DNA of 64,000 nt from Minisyncoccota bacterium (GCA_028711505.1 JAQTSC010000002.1:11936-75935); one strand, 5' to 3'; shown: positions 1 through 10,640, counted from the first letter of the stretch. The notes: generated by a model from the sequence alone, not told the origin. Program-made: numbers and translations.

Positions 1-2
1 TG

Positions 3-455
3 TTCAAAGATTCGCTGGAAGGCGAAGAGCTTTTGGATTTTACGGAGAAAATCAGAAGCATCATAACTTCAAACAATTCCATTGTAATTTCCGAAGGAAA
101 ACCTAAAAAACAGCCTCTTGCCTACCCTATAAAAAACGAAAGCGACGGTGTTTTTAACTGGATAAAATTTCAGACCTCTCCGGATTCCATAAAAAAGATA
201 GAAAACGAACTGAAGAAAGAAAATATGGTTCTTCGTTTTATAACGACAAAAAGCATGAAAGAAGAACCGGTAAAAGCCTCTGTCACGGCTTTCAAAAAGA
301 AAATGCCGGAATTGGGTGAAAAGCCGGCGTCAGCCATTATCCATATTCCGGAATCGGAAGCCAAAAAAGAAGAACCCTCGGACAATAAAATCCAAGAAGA
401 AGAGCTTGATAAAAAAATAGAGGAACTTTTAGGAGAAAGCGAAGTTCAAAAATAA
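3..455 (+). CDS. rpsF: 30S ribosomal protein S6 (5' end outside window)
   Basis: LAYPIK motif; frame open to the window edge; rpsF-ssb-rpsR order; acidic C-terminal tail. Confidence 0.85.
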   Translation, partial: FKDSLEGEELLDFTEKIRSIITSNNSIVISEGKPKKQPLAYPIKNESDGVFNWIKFQTSPDSIKKIENELKKENMVLRFITTKSMKEEPVKASVTAFKKKMPELGEKPASAIIHIPESEAKKEEPSDNKIQEEELDKKIEELLGESEVQK

Positions 456-479
456 TATTGAAAAAGTTAGAATAAAAAT

Positions 480-935
480 ATGAATCTCAACAAAGTGTTT
501 ATTATCGGAAACATGACTCGCGACCCGGAATTGCGCACTCTTCCTTCCGGCAGCGCGGTAGCGTCTTTCGGAGTAGCCACAAACAGGGTGTGGATAAACA
601 AGACCGGAGAAAAACAGCAAGAAGTTCAATTCCACAACATCGTTGCCTTTGGAAAACAGGCGGAAATAGTAGCTCAATATCTTAAAAAAGGCGCCATGAT
701 ATTGGTTGAAGGCAGACTTAATACCAGAAACTGGGAAGCCCAAGACGGAACGAAAAAAACACGAACCGAAATAGTTATGGAAAAAATGCAGATGGGCCCG
801 AGAAGAGATGCCGAGTTTTCCGGAAACCGCAGCCAGGAAAATACAAGTAAAAATCCCGGCAAAACAGGAAACGACACCTTGGATACCATTGAATACCCGG
901 ATGAAAACGGAAATCCTGACGATATACCGTTTTAA
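480..935 (+). CDS. ssb: single-stranded DNA-binding protein
   Basis: MNLNKVFIIGNMTRDPELR start; DDIPF C-terminus. Confidence 0.98.
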   Translation: MNLNKVFIIGNMTRDPELRTLPSGSAVASFGVATNRVWINKTGEKQQEVQFHNIVAFGKQAEIVAQYLKKGAMILVEGRLNTRNWEAQDGTKKTRTEIVMEKMQMGPRRDAEFSGNRSQENTSKNPGKTGNDTLDTIEYPDENGNPDDIPF

Positions 936-952
936 TTTAAATCATTAAAATT

Positions 953-1153
953 ATGAAAAACTGCCATTTTTGCACAAACAACGTGAAAAAAATCGACTAC
1001 AAAGACGCGGAGAACTTAAATAAGTTCTTAGACCACCAAGCGAAAATAATGCCCGCCAAAGAAACCGGGCTTTGCATCAAACATCAAAGGAGGCTGGCTC
1101 AAGCCATAAAACGCAGCCGCATGCTGGGACTGCTCCCCTTTGTAAGACATTAA
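953..1153 (+). CDS. rpsR: 30S ribosomal protein S18
   Basis: CHFC, IDYKD, QRRLAQAIKRSR, LLPF motifs. Confidence 0.96.
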   Translation: MKNCHFCTNNVKKIDYKDAENLNKFLDHQAKIMPAKETGLCIKHQRRLAQAIKRSRMLGLLPFVRH

Positions 1154-1187
1154 TTTTAGAAATTACAGGCCGGATAGCAATTATATT

Positions 1188-2216
1188 CTACCGGCCTTTT
1201 TCTATGCTATAGAATTCTTTTATTTTTTTCGTTATCTCGTCAGCTGTTTTATTGTCCTCGCGCAGAAAAATTCTCGCCTTGTCATAGCCTACTCCCAATT
1301 TCAGGCTTCCATACGAATACGTAGTTCCTGATTTTTTTATTATTCCGGCTTTCTCGCCCAAATTAAGAAGTTCAGCGCTCCTTGAAATTCCTTCATCGTA
1401 CAAAAGGTCAAACTCGGCTTCCCTGAAAGGAGGCGCCACTTTATTTTTTACGACTTTCGCTTTTACCCTTCCGCCGATTATTTCATCACCTCTTTTTATC
1501 TGGGCTATTCTTCTCACGTCTATCCTCACGGAAGAATAAAATTTCAGCGCTTTTCCTCCCGGCGTGGTTTCCGGATTTCCGAACATCACTCCTATTTTCA
1601 TTCTAATCTGATTTATAAAAATCACGATTGTTTTGGATTTTGCGGATATTGCCGTAAGTTTGCGAAGCGCCTGCGACATAAGTCTTGCCTGGAGACCCAC
1701 GTGCGCGTCTCCCATCTCTCCTTCTATCTCTGCCCGCGGCGTTAAAGCGGCGACGGAATCTATCACGATTACATCGATTTTTCCGGAACGAACCAGGCTT
1801 TCTGTTATTTCAAGAGCCTGTTCTCCCGTGTCGGGCTGGGAGATAAGAAGATCGTCAACTTTTACGCCAAGTTTTTCCGCGTACACGGGATCCATCGCGT
1901 GCTCAGCGTCTATAAAAGAGCAGAGGCCTCCTTTTTTTTGAGCTTGAGCAAGAACATGGAGAGCCAGCGTGGTTTTACCCGAAGATTCCGGACCAAAAAT
2001 TTCAATAACTCTGCCGCGCGGAAGCCCGCCAAGCCCCAAGGCAACGTCTAAAGAAAGAGAGCCCGTAGAGATAACGTCCACATCAACTCTTTTCGTGTCG
2101 CCAAGCTTCATTATCGCGCCTTCACCGTATTTGCTTTTAATCCCTTCTATCACGGAATTTATGTCCGCTCCCATTGTCTTGGGTTCTTTTTTCGCTTTTG
2201 CTGTAAATTTAGCCAT
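1188..2216 (-). CDS. recA: recombinase RecA
   Basis: GPESSGKTT; ALKFYSSVR; [11 protein letters not shown]. Confidence 0.99.
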   Translation of the reverse strand: MAKFTAKAKKEPKTMGADINSVIEGIKSKYGEGAIMKLGDTKRVDVDVISTGSLSLDVALGLGGLPRGRVIEIFGPESSGKTTLALHVLAQAQKKGGLCSFIDAEHAMDPVYAEKLGVKVDDLLISQPDTGEQALEITESLVRSGKIDVIVIDSVAALTPRAEIEGEMGDAHVGLQARLMSQALRKLTAISAKSKTIVIFINQIRMKIGVMFGNPETTPGGKALKFYSSVRIDVRRIAQIKRGDEIIGGRVKAKVVKNKVAPPFREAEFDLLYDEGISRSAELLNLGEKAGIIKKSGTTYSYGSLKLGVGYDKARIFLREDNKTADEITKKIKEFYSIEKGR

Positions 2217-2249
2217 TTTATAAATTATATTAAGCCTTTTAAATTAAAA

Positions 2250-2609
2250 CTACTTCATTACCACTTCTATTTTTTGTTTATAAGTCCTTCCGAACCTGTC
2301 TTCGGCTTTAACTTCAATGATATTATATCCTTGCGCTAAAATCATGTCTTTTTCAAAATTTCCAAGGCTATCGGTCAAAACATGGCTTCCGTCTATATAC
2401 AGTGCAGAAACATTTACAGAAACGCCTTTTATTTTTATAACCGGATTATTTACAGTTTCTCCGTTTTTAGGATAATCAAGGCTTATGCCGGGACCCTGTA
2501 AAAAATTTTTGGAACGTCCGTAAAGATAAAAAACAAACGCGAAAAATATAACAAAAACGAAAATTATTTTCGCAAAAAACGCCGCGTTCATCTTTATCGC
2601 TTTAAGCAT
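2250..2609 (-). CDS. membrane-anchored protein with Ig-like domain
   Basis: N-terminal TM helix; GYNIIEVKAEDRFG Ig-like pattern; overlaps ftsK stop. Confidence 0.7.
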   Translation of the reverse strand: MLKAIKMNAAFFAKIIFVFVIFFAFVFYLYGRSKNFLQGPGISLDYPKNGETVNNPVIKIKGVSVNVSALYIDGSHVLTDSLGNFEKDMILAQGYNIIEVKAEDRFGRTYKQKIEVVMK

Positions 2610-4788
2610 CGTAATTTTCCGGAGGTAAGTCTAAAATCTCGCGCGGACGGGAACCGTCGGGAGGCCCGACAACTCCTCTCTCTTCCATCATATCAAGAAG
2701 GCGCGCGGCCCGGGAATAACCGACCCTTAATCTTCTTTGCAGCAGAGAGGTTGACGCTCTCTTTGACTGAATAATTATTTCTCTTGCCTGTTCGTAAAGT
2801 TCGTCTTCTTCGTCGTCGCCGGACCCTGGCGTCTCGTCAAAAATCGAGGATTGCTGCATTTCGCCGTTTCCCAAATTTATTTCCGACGAATCGAAATTTT
2901 CATATTCTCCCAAAAGATAATTGACTACTTTCTTTACCTCGCTTTCCGAAACAAAAGTTCCCTGTATGCGCCGCGGCTTTGCCGAATCGCCGGAAAGGTA
3001 GAGCATGTCTCCGTTTCCCAAAAGCTTCTCCGCTCCCGCCATATCCAAAATTGTTCTGGAATCAACTTGAGACGCAACTTGAAAAGCAACGCGGCTGGTG
3101 ATGTTCGCTTTTATAAGTCCGGTGATAACTTCAACCGAGGGCCTTTGGGTGGAAACAACAAGATGTATCCCCACGGCGCGAGACATTTGCGCCAGCCTCA
3201 CTATTGAAGATTCAAACTCGCGCGGATAACTCATCATAATATCGGCGAGCTCGTCAATTATAACGACAATATACGGCATTGATTCTGTTTTACCGTTTTT
3301 GTGATAAGAATTTATGTCTCTCGCTCCGGCCGCCAAAAGCACATCGTATCTTCTTTCCATTTCTTTGGTCGCCCATTTCAAAGCCACTATCGCCTTCTTC
3401 GCTTCTGTTATTACCGGCGAAAGAAGGTACGGTAAATTATTGTACATGGTAAGCTCCACGCGTTTCGGGTCTATCATGAGAAGCTGAAGGTCTGCCGGAG
3501 AATGTCTGTAAAGCAAGCTCATTATAAGCGAATGTATTGCCACTGATTTTCCGGAACCGGTAGCTCCGGCTATAAGCACATGGGGCATTTTCGCTATTGA
3601 AGCGTAGACCGGTCTGCCTGCCACGTTTCTGCCTAAGGCCAAAAGAAGAGGCAGTTCGGAATTCAGATATTCCGTTTGCTGAAGAAGCGACCGCAAACCG
3701 ACAAGAGAAGATGACCTGTTTGGAACTTCTATTCCCACAAGAGACTTGCCGGGTATTGGAGCTTCTATTCGTATGGGATGGCTTGCCAACGCCAAAGACA
3801 AATCATTATTAAGTCCCGTGATGCGCGATAATTTTACGCCTTCCGCCGGTTTTAAAGTATATTGCGTAACGGAAGGACCTATTCTTATTTCATCCATTTC
3901 CACGCTTATTCCGAAATTCTGAAAAGTCCGTTTTATGATATTGGAATTAGCTTTTATGTCCCCTGCCGAAGGCTTGCCCTTATCCGATTCCAAAAGCTCA
4001 AATGGAGGAGGATTGAATTTTTTGTCGGAAAATTTTTTAAAAACACCTGACAAAATTTTTGTTTTTATCCCGTTTTCATTTTCTTCTTCCACGTCGTATT
4101 TTTCACCTGGTTCTTTTTTCATCTCATTTCCGTTTTCTTCTGTTTTTTCTCCGACCGCTATTGCGTCCGCGGGAACGGAAGGAATACCGTAAACTTCGCC
4201 TTGAGACTGGGCATCCGATTCTTCGAGTTTGGATTTGGAAAAAAACATTCGTTCTCTTGCTCTTCTCGCGAGCGAAGCGAAAGAAATAGGAATATTAGAC
4301 ATTATCAGAAAGCCGACGATAAAAACCATGGAGAAAACAATTATGCTGGCCCAAAAATCAATCAGCTTCAAAAAAGGAAGAGCCGCCAAAAAACCCACGT
4401 ATCCGCCGGTTTTTTTCCCAAAAACGATATCTATAAGAGATAAGCTGCTTACAAAAATAAAAAGCCCGCCTATCAAGCTGGAGGCAAGAAGCCGCGGCCT
4501 GTATGAGGAAAAAAGAGAAATGGAAATAAAAAAAAGCACCGCGGGCACCAAAAAAATCGCCGTGCCAAAAAGCCAATCAAGCCCAACACGGACATATTCT
4601 CCGGCCACCCCAGCCTTATTGCAGACAACGAGGACAAAAAAGAGAGAAAATCCAAGGCAAACTATGCCCCAAATTGAATATTTTGTCTCGTCTTTAAGCC
4701 CGGAATGCCAACGCGTATCGGGCGCGTTTTTCGCGCTCTTTTCGGCAGATGAGGAAATGCTTTTTTTAACGCCGTTTTTTAACGCCAT
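2602..4788 (-). CDS. ftsK: DNA translocase FtsK/SpoIIIE
   Basis: N-terminal TM helices; IAGATGSGKS; STQRPSV; gamma domain LQRRLRVGYSRAARL. Confidence 0.98.
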   Translation of the reverse strand: MALKNGVKKSISSSAEKSAKNAPDTRWHSGLKDETKYSIWGIVCLGFSLFFVLVVCNKAGVAGEYVRVGLDWLFGTAIFLVPAVLFFISISLFSSYRPRLLASSLIGGLFIFVSSLSLIDIVFGKKTGGYVGFLAALPFLKLIDFWASIIVFSMVFIVGFLIMSNIPISFASLARRARERMFFSKSKLEESDAQSQGEVYGIPSVPADAIAVGEKTEENGNEMKKEPGEKYDVEEENENGIKTKILSGVFKKFSDKKFNPPPFELLESDKGKPSAGDIKANSNIIKRTFQNFGISVEMDEIRIGPSVTQYTLKPAEGVKLSRITGLNNDLSLALASHPIRIEAPIPGKSLVGIEVPNRSSSLVGLRSLLQQTEYLNSELPLLLALGRNVAGRPVYASIAKMPHVLIAGATGSGKSVAIHSLIMSLLYRHSPADLQLLMIDPKRVELTMYNNLPYLLSPVITEAKKAIVALKWATKEMERRYDVLLAAGARDINSYHKNGKTESMPYIVVIIDELADIMMSYPREFESSIVRLAQMSRAVGIHLVVSTQRPSVEVITGLIKANITSRVAFQVASQVDSRTILDMAGAEKLLGNGDMLYLSGDSAKPRRIQGTFVSESEVKKVVNYLLGEYENFDSSEINLGNGEMQQSSIFDETPGSGDDEEDELYEQAREIIIQSKRASTSLLQRRLRVGYSRAARLLDMMEERGVVGPPDGSRPREILDLPPENYDA

Positions 4789-4894
4789 TTCAACTTAGTT
4801 ATGCTACGTTTAATTGATTCTTCGGGTCAAAATAAAAAATTTTGTTTTTATTCACCCTCATTGTCAATTATAGTCCAAAACGGCGAAAAATCAA

Positions 4895-4927
4895 AAAACC
4901 TGCGGGGAATATCTCCCCACAGGTTTT
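4895..4927 (-). terminator. intrinsic terminator
   Basis: AAAACCTGCGGGGA...TCCCCACAGGTTTT hairpin after the S41-like gene. Confidence 0.7.
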
Positions 4928-4937
4928 GAAACGCACG

Positions 4938-5582
4938 TTAAATTTTTGTTCCCGCCAAAAAACTTCTGGCAAGTTCAAAAATTTCTTTTCCGTTTGACAC
5001 ATCCGCCTTGATGTCAGGCTCAATACCGCCCAAAAGGCACCTTCTCGTAAGAGGAGAAAAATATTTCATCAAGGATTTATCTCCCGCGGTCTTTTCCCCT
5101 ATTATAACCGCCCTGTGATTGTCCTGAAGCGAAGCGGCAAAAAGTTCCCCCGCGCCGGATGTTTGACGGCTGACTAAAATGATAACCTGGCCGTCAATCT
5201 GAAAATCAATATCTTCTTCCTCAAACTGGAAACTGTCGGCATTTACCGCGCTAAATCCGGATTTATTTTTTATGCTCTCAAATACGACAGTGGCATCCTC
5301 CGGCAAAAACATCCAGGCTGTTCTTAAAGCTTCGCTGTCTTGGCCGCCCGTACAATTCCGCAAATCAAAAATCCACCTTTCGCACCCGACCAAAGAGGCC
5401 CCGATGGAAAAACGCAAAAATTTTTGAGCGAAACCCCTGTCAAAACTCGGAACGGTTATTTTCGCGCATAACGGATCTTCGCAGCGAGCCAGTCCGGCGC
5501 CTGCGCCAAGCAAGAAAAAAAGAAGTATTATAAAAAGGAAAACGGCTGCCAAAACTTTTCCCCGCTTCTTGTTCTGAAACAT
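4938..5582 (-). CDS. S41/CtpA-like peptidase homolog, degenerate active site
   Basis: signal/TM segment; IFDLRNCTGG; ELFAASLQDNHRAVIIGEKTAG; GIEPDI; AGGAGG upstream. Confidence 0.75.
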   Translation of the reverse strand: MFQNKKRGKVLAAVFLFIILLFFLLGAGAGLARCEDPLCAKITVPSFDRGFAQKFLRFSIGASLVGCERWIFDLRNCTGGQDSEALRTAWMFLPEDATVVFESIKNKSGFSAVNADSFQFEEEDIDFQIDGQVIILVSRQTSGAGELFAASLQDNHRAVIIGEKTAGDKSLMKYFSPLTRRCLLGGIEPDIKADVSNGKEIFELARSFLAGTKI

Positions 5583-5712
5583 AAACCCCTCCTTTTAGTT
5601 TCAGGTTTTTGAGCTGTTTATATGTCAAAAAATGCCTATTATTCTCTGGGCATTTTGGAACAAATTTAACACCAAGTCAAGCAAGAAAAATAAGCCGCGA
5701 GCAGCAAAATTC

Positions 5713-6699
5713 TTAAAGCGGAATTTTTTTTACTTCCACTTTAGGCCAGATTCCCCACTCTCCTTTTTTCAAAAGACCGGTCGTCGCTCCGAAATCCTGC
5801 ATGTTAGACGTGGCATTCGCCGTACCAAGCTGTATGGCATATTCAATACTCCCATTTTCAATAAAACCGGAAACGAAAGCCGAGCCGAAAGAATCCCCTG
5901 CTCCTGTCCGGTCAACCATCTCCGATTCCGGAATCCCCGCGGAATAAAGATCTTTCCCGTCGGAAACAACGACCCCATCCGGACCTTTCGTCATCACGGC
6001 AATGCCCTTTACCATTTCATCAAGCTTTTTAAAAATTCCTTTTTCGTCTTTGTAATCAACGCCCGCGAGCTCCGCCGATTCTTCCTGGTTTAAAATCAAA
6101 ATATCGATTTTATCCAAAACGGTTTTTAAAATTTCAGTATCTTTTTCATTCTTTAAACTGCCCGCCGGATTTGACGCCACCTTTATTCCGCTTTTTTCGG
6201 CAAATTCCATGAGCGGAACGAGCATCTCGTGACTATTCGCCGATAGTGAAGAAACATAAAACCATTTTGCTCCGAGCTTTTCAAACGGAATATCTTCTTT
6301 GGTAAGCTCATGGCAAGCGCCATATTTTTCCAAAATACTCCTGTCAACATTCGGGAGAGAAAGGACTACGGAAAAAGCCGTGGGGTATTTATCCGTTTCT
6401 TCCAGCAATTCCAAAGAAACGCCGTGCCTTGAAAGTTCTTTTTTGACCGCTTCGGCAAAAACATCTTTTCCTACCGATCCGAAATAAGCGGTTTTTAATC
6501 CTTGTTCGGAAAAAGTGCAGGCCGCGTTCGTGCCGCAGCCTCCCATTGACGCAAAGACCGAATCAATATGAATTTTTGAACCAAGAGGAACGCACAGCCC
6601 TTTTTTTGTCGCGAACTTTTCATCGTCAATTGCCACCAGCTTGTCGCTGGCCATAAATAAATCATAAGTCGCCGAACCGAAAGTTATAACGTCAAACAT
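5713..6699 (-). CDS. PfkB-family carbohydrate kinase
   Basis: GGCGTNAA; DRTGAGDSFGSAF signature. Confidence 0.93.
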   Translation of the reverse strand: MFDVITFGSATYDLFMASDKLVAIDDEKFATKKGLCVPLGSKIHIDSVFASMGGCGTNAACTFSEQGLKTAYFGSVGKDVFAEAVKKELSRHGVSLELLEETDKYPTAFSVVLSLPNVDRSILEKYGACHELTKEDIPFEKLGAKWFYVSSLSANSHEMLVPLMEFAEKSGIKVASNPAGSLKNEKDTEILKTVLDKIDILILNQEESAELAGVDYKDEKGIFKKLDEMVKGIAVMTKGPDGVVVSDGKDLYSAGIPESEMVDRTGAGDSFGSAFVSGFIENGSIEYAIQLGTANATSNMQDFGATTGLLKKGEWGIWPKVEVKKIPL

Positions 6700-6729
6700 A
6701 TTATTTTTTTATTGAATAATAAAAAGACT

Positions 6730-7317
6730 CTAATTACTCAGATATTGGCATATTGTTACCCCCACGCCATTACTGTTTGGAACAGGTATACCGATTCCGC
6801 AAGATACGTTTTCTCCTTCCAGATACCAAAGAAGGAAAAAGCTTTTGCAAAAATTGTTCGGACGAAAAGAACAAGAATAAACATATCCCTGGAAACAGAT
6901 ATCCGGTCCTCCCCCTGCCCCGGAAGGCCCGCAAATAATTCCTTGGTCTCCCGTATAATTTTTAAAATCAACATAGGGAGAAAGCGCACTGTTAAGCACC
7001 GATGATTCGCTATACGATACCCCGTTAAATCCGCATTTGTCATCGTCGTAATCTCCCAAGCAATGCGGTCCGGTATCTCCCGGGTCTGGATATTCTCCAT
7101 TTCCTGAAATTGCCAAATTTATGGCTTTTACATATTGATTTATGTCCGATATTCTTTCTGAATTTCTGGAATCTATTCTTACGCCATTATACAAAACAAG
7201 AGCGACAGAGCTCAACAATCCCACAATTCCGATGACAACAAGAAGCTCCAAAAGAGTAAAAGCCGCGTTTCTCTTTTTTATGACAAAACGCCGGGAAAAA
7301 ACCAGTTTCAAGTTCAT
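6730..7317 (-). CDS. type IV pilin-like protein (copy A)
   Basis: A-FTLLELLVVIGIVGLL prepilin-like motif; Cys-rich C-terminal domain. Confidence 0.88.
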   Translation of the reverse strand: MNLKLVFSRRFVIKKRNAAFTLLELLVVIGIVGLLSSVALVLYNGVRIDSRNSERISDINQYVKAINLAISGNGEYPDPGDTGPHCLGDYDDDKCGFNGVSYSESSVLNSALSPYVDFKNYTGDQGIICGPSGAGGGPDICFQGYVYSCSFRPNNFCKSFFLLWYLEGENVSCGIGIPVPNSNGVGVTICQYLSN

Positions 7318-7981
7318 ATTTTAATTTTCAACCTCTTAAGTACGCTTCTTCGCGCTTTTTCTTTCACGTATTATCGGATAAGAAAATTATCAATGGCCTA
7401 CATATGAACATCCTGTTATGGTAGCGCCGCCCCTCATTTCATGTGAAATACCGATTCCGCAAGAAGCGTCTGCTCCTTCCATAAGCCATTGGATGACAAT
7501 TGTTTTGCAAAAATTATTCGGACGCTCAGAACAAAAATAGATATATCCTTCGGAGCACTCCTCCGGGGCTTCTCCGCCAGGAAGTCCGCAGACCATGGCT
7601 TTATTGCCGGCATAAGTTTTCAAATCCAAATAAGGAGAAAGGATATTATTCAGCGTCTCCGATTCGGAATAATATGTCCCATTAAGTCCGCATTTGTCAT
7701 CGTCGTAATCTCCCAAACAATGCGGTCCGGTATCTCCCGGGTCTGGATATTCTCCATTTCCTGAAATTGCCAAATTTATGGCTTTTACATATTGATTTAT
7801 GTCCGATATTCTTTCTGAATTTCTGGAATCTATTCTTACGCCATTATACAAAACAAGAGCGACAGAGCTCAACAATCCCACAATTCCGATGACAACAAGA
7901 AGCTCCAAAAGAGTAAAAGCCGCGTTTCTCTTTTTTATGACAAAACGCCGGGAAAAAACCAGTTTCAAGTTCATATTTTAA
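7030..7981. repeat. 295-bp direct repeat (7030-7324 and 7687-7981)
   Basis: identical by eye except one synonymous change (7060 vs 7717). Confidence 0.9.
7390..7974 (-). CDS. type IV pilin-like protein (copy B)
   Basis: first 96 aa identical to copy A; diverged C-terminal half. Confidence 0.88.
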   Translation of the reverse strand: MNLKLVFSRRFVIKKRNAAFTLLELLVVIGIVGLLSSVALVLYNGVRIDSRNSERISDINQYVKAINLAISGNGEYPDPGDTGPHCLGDYDDDKCGLNGTYYSESETLNNILSPYLDLKTYAGNKAMVCGLPGGEAPEECSEGYIYFCSERPNNFCKTIVIQWLMEGADASCGIGISHEMRGGATITGCSYVGH

Positions 7982-8010
7982 AGATAGAAACGTTTTGAAA
8001 ATTCAACAAA

Positions 8011-9006
8011 TTATTTTCTCGCCAACGCTTTTTTAACCGCTTCTTTTATGTTCTCAACTCCCATTCCGAATTTTTCCAAAAGTTCATCCGGCTCGCCGGA
8101 TTCCCCGTATCTGTCGCGGACTCCCACAAATTCAATCGGCGCTGGAAATTCTTCAGATAAAATTTCCGCCACAGCCGAACCCATACCGCCATTAACCTGG
8201 TGTTCTTCAACGGTAACTACGGCTCCGGTTCTTTTTACGCTTTCCAAAATCGTATTTTTATCCATCGGCTTAATTGTGTGATTATTTATTACCTCCGCTT
8301 TAACCCCCTCTTTTTCAAGTTCCGCCGCGGCCAAAATCGCATTATGAACGAGCGGACCGCAAGCGATTATTGAGACTTGGGAATTTCCGCCCTCCGGCGA
8401 CCAAAAAATTTCCGCTTTTCCTATTTCAAACGGAGTTTCTTCGGTTGTCATAACCGGAGTTTTTTCACGCGCGAATCTTAAATAAACAGGGCCTTTGTAT
8501 TTTGCTGCCGCAAGCGTCGCTTTTTTTGTTTCTATGGAATCGCACGGCGCGATTATGACCAAGCCAGGCAAACATCTCGTTATGGCGATATCTTCAAGCG
8601 CCTGATGACTCATTCCATCAGGACCTACTGAAATCCCGGCATGAGCGCCTGCAATCTTAACATTGGCTTCGTTCTGCACGGCCCCACGAACCTGGCACCA
8701 ATTCAATCCCGGACTAAACACGGCATATGTCGCCAAAAAAGGCACTTTTCCGTCAAGGGCAAGGCCAACCGCGACATTCATCATATTTTGCTCCGCAATG
8801 CCCATTTCAATAAATCTGTCCGGAAACGCGCGCATAAATTCGGCGGAACGCGTTGATTCCGAAATATCGGCGCAAAGCGCAACGACATTCGGATCGTCTT
8901 TCCCCGCCAAAACAAGCCCTTCTCCATATCCAAAACGGGTTGGGATACGCTCAATTTTTTCCTTATCCAATAAATTCTGGCTCAGTTTTAAATTTTGATT
9001 TTGCAT
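8011..9006 (-). CDS. transketolase, C-terminal subunit
   Basis: GIAEQNM; GPDGMSHQALED; VEEHQVNGG. Confidence 0.95.
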   Translation of the reverse strand: MQNQNLKLSQNLLDKEKIERIPTRFGYGEGLVLAGKDDPNVVALCADISESTRSAEFMRAFPDRFIEMGIAEQNMMNVAVGLALDGKVPFLATYAVFSPGLNWCQVRGAVQNEANVKIAGAHAGISVGPDGMSHQALEDIAITRCLPGLVIIAPCDSIETKKATLAAAKYKGPVYLRFAREKTPVMTTEETPFEIGKAEIFWSPEGGNSQVSIIACGPLVHNAILAAAELEKEGVKAEVINNHTIKPMDKNTILESVKRTGAVVTVEEHQVNGGMGSAVAEILSEEFPAPIEFVGVRDRYGESGEPDELLEKFGMGVENIKEAVKKALARK

Positions 9007-9029
9007 GATATTAGACGGTAATTTTATAT

Positions 9030-9887
9030 TTATTCATAATCACTTTTTATTTTGCCGCAAAGAGACCTTAATTGCGCCAGCGCTTTTTCCGCTTCCTCGG
9101 GTTTTGGCACTTTGCCGTGCCAAGAGCAATCGAATTCCATAAAATCAATTCCTTTCCCGGGAATCGTATGGGCCAAAATCATAACCGGTTTTTCAAAAAC
9201 AGCTTTCGCCTCGTTGCAAGCGTTAACAATCGCTTCTATATTATGCCCGTCAACTTCGATAACGTGCCAGCCGAACGATTCGTATCTTTCGCGAAGCGGT
9301 TCTTTCGGCATAACGCTTTCTGTGTATCCGTCTATCTGAATATTATTTCTGTCCATGATAAAAGTGAGGTTGTCCAAATGCCATTTTCCGGCAAGCATAG
9401 CCGCTTCCCAAGTCATACCCTCGTCCATTTCGCCGTCGCCAACAAGACAATAAATCTGATGTTTCTTTTTGTTCATTTTCGCGGAAATAGCCATGCCAAC
9501 CGCTATGCCCTGACCAAAAGCCAAAGGTCCGGAACTGTTTTCTATCCCCGGAAGCGCTTTTCTGTGAGGATGTCCCTGCAAACGGCTGCCCATCTTGCGC
9601 AATGTTTTTAATTCTTCGGTCGGAAAATATCCGGCGCGAGCCATGGCCGCGTATTGCACAGGACAAATATGACCATTGGATAAAATAACCCTGTCGCGTT
9701 CTTCCCATGCCGGATTTTTCGGATCATGTTTCAACACTTCAAAATAAAGCGCGGTAAAAACATCCGCCATGCCCATAGGACCGGCAGAATGTCCGGATTT
9801 CGCTTCAACGAGCATATTGATAATATCCTCGCGAATTTGCCTTGCGGTATCGTCTAAGGATTTTAATCGTTCATCGGATAAATACAT
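9030..9887 (-). CDS. transketolase, N-terminal subunit
   Basis: DRVILSNGH; LQGHP; GDGEMDEG TPP-binding motif. Confidence 0.95.
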   Translation of the reverse strand: MYLSDERLKSLDDTARQIREDIINMLVEAKSGHSAGPMGMADVFTALYFEVLKHDPKNPAWEERDRVILSNGHICPVQYAAMARAGYFPTEELKTLRKMGSRLQGHPHRKALPGIENSSGPLAFGQGIAVGMAISAKMNKKKHQIYCLVGDGEMDEGMTWEAAMLAGKWHLDNLTFIMDRNNIQIDGYTESVMPKEPLRERYESFGWHVIEVDGHNIEAIVNACNEAKAVFEKPVMILAHTIPGKGIDFMEFDCSWHGKVPKPEEAEKALAQLRSLCGKIKSDYE

Positions 9888-9924
9888 GATATATTTTTTA
9901 ATTTATTAATTTATTTCTTGTAAA

Positions 9925-10551
9925 TTATGCGTTCTTTAATTCTTCTACGGCCATTCCTATATCCTTTGCGGAAAAAATATACGATGCCGTAACCAAAATA
10001 TCGGCTCCGGCCTCAGCGGCTTTTTTAGCGGCTTCTTTATCTATTCCGCCGTCAACTTCTATTATAGCAGACGGACAATTTTCTTTTATGTGGATTATTT
10101 TATCAAGGCTTTCTTCTAAAAATGTTTGCCCGGCCAATCCGGCGCGGACTGACAAAATTTGAAAAATATCAACTTTTTCGTAAAAAGGCACGAGTCTGGT
10201 CCACGCAGTGTCCGGGGCTATGGCTATTCCGACTTCTTTTCCGGCTTTACGGCATTTATCCGCGACCAAAAAAGGGTCTTTCGCGGTTTCAAGCTGAAAA
10301 ATAATCCTGCTAATCGGCTCTATAAGCCAATCTTCAACTTTTTGGTCAATATCGTTTATCATCAAATGCGCCTCCAGTTTTAGAGGCGTTTTGATATCGG
10401 CTAAATCTTTCGGATTATGCCAAATAATATTTTGCGTAAAAGTGCCGTCGCAGACGTCTATCTGCGCCCATTCTGAATACGGCTCAATTAATTTTATCTG
10501 CCTTTTAACTTCCTCAAAAGATTCTGCGTTGATAGCGGGTATTATTTCCAT
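9925..10551 (-). CDS. rpe: ribulose-phosphate 3-epimerase
   Basis: IDVCDGTF; EAHLM; IEVDGGI; next to transketolase. Confidence 0.92.
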   Translation of the reverse strand: MEIIPAINAESFEEVKRQIKLIEPYSEWAQIDVCDGTFTQNIIWHNPKDLADIKTPLKLEAHLMINDIDQKVEDWLIEPISRIIFQLETAKDPFLVADKCRKAGKEVGIAIAPDTAWTRLVPFYEKVDIFQILSVRAGLAGQTFLEESLDKIIHIKENCPSAIIEVDGGIDKEAAKKAAEAGADILVTASYIFSAKDIGMAVEELKNA

Positions 10552-10640
10552 ATTGAAAGATTATACCACCCCGCCAAAATCCGCGCGAGGCAAAAAAAGC
10601 CCCGTTCTGCGAAACGGGGGCTTGTTTGGCCAATGCCATG

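Noticed and set aside
589-597. DnaA box inside ssb
   Set aside because: Falls in the coding sequence (VWI) with no promoter context; may be chance
6730-7974. Diversity-generating retroelement explanation for the pilin pair
   Set aside because: Differences are not adenine-specific, include an indel, and no reverse transcriptase is in the window
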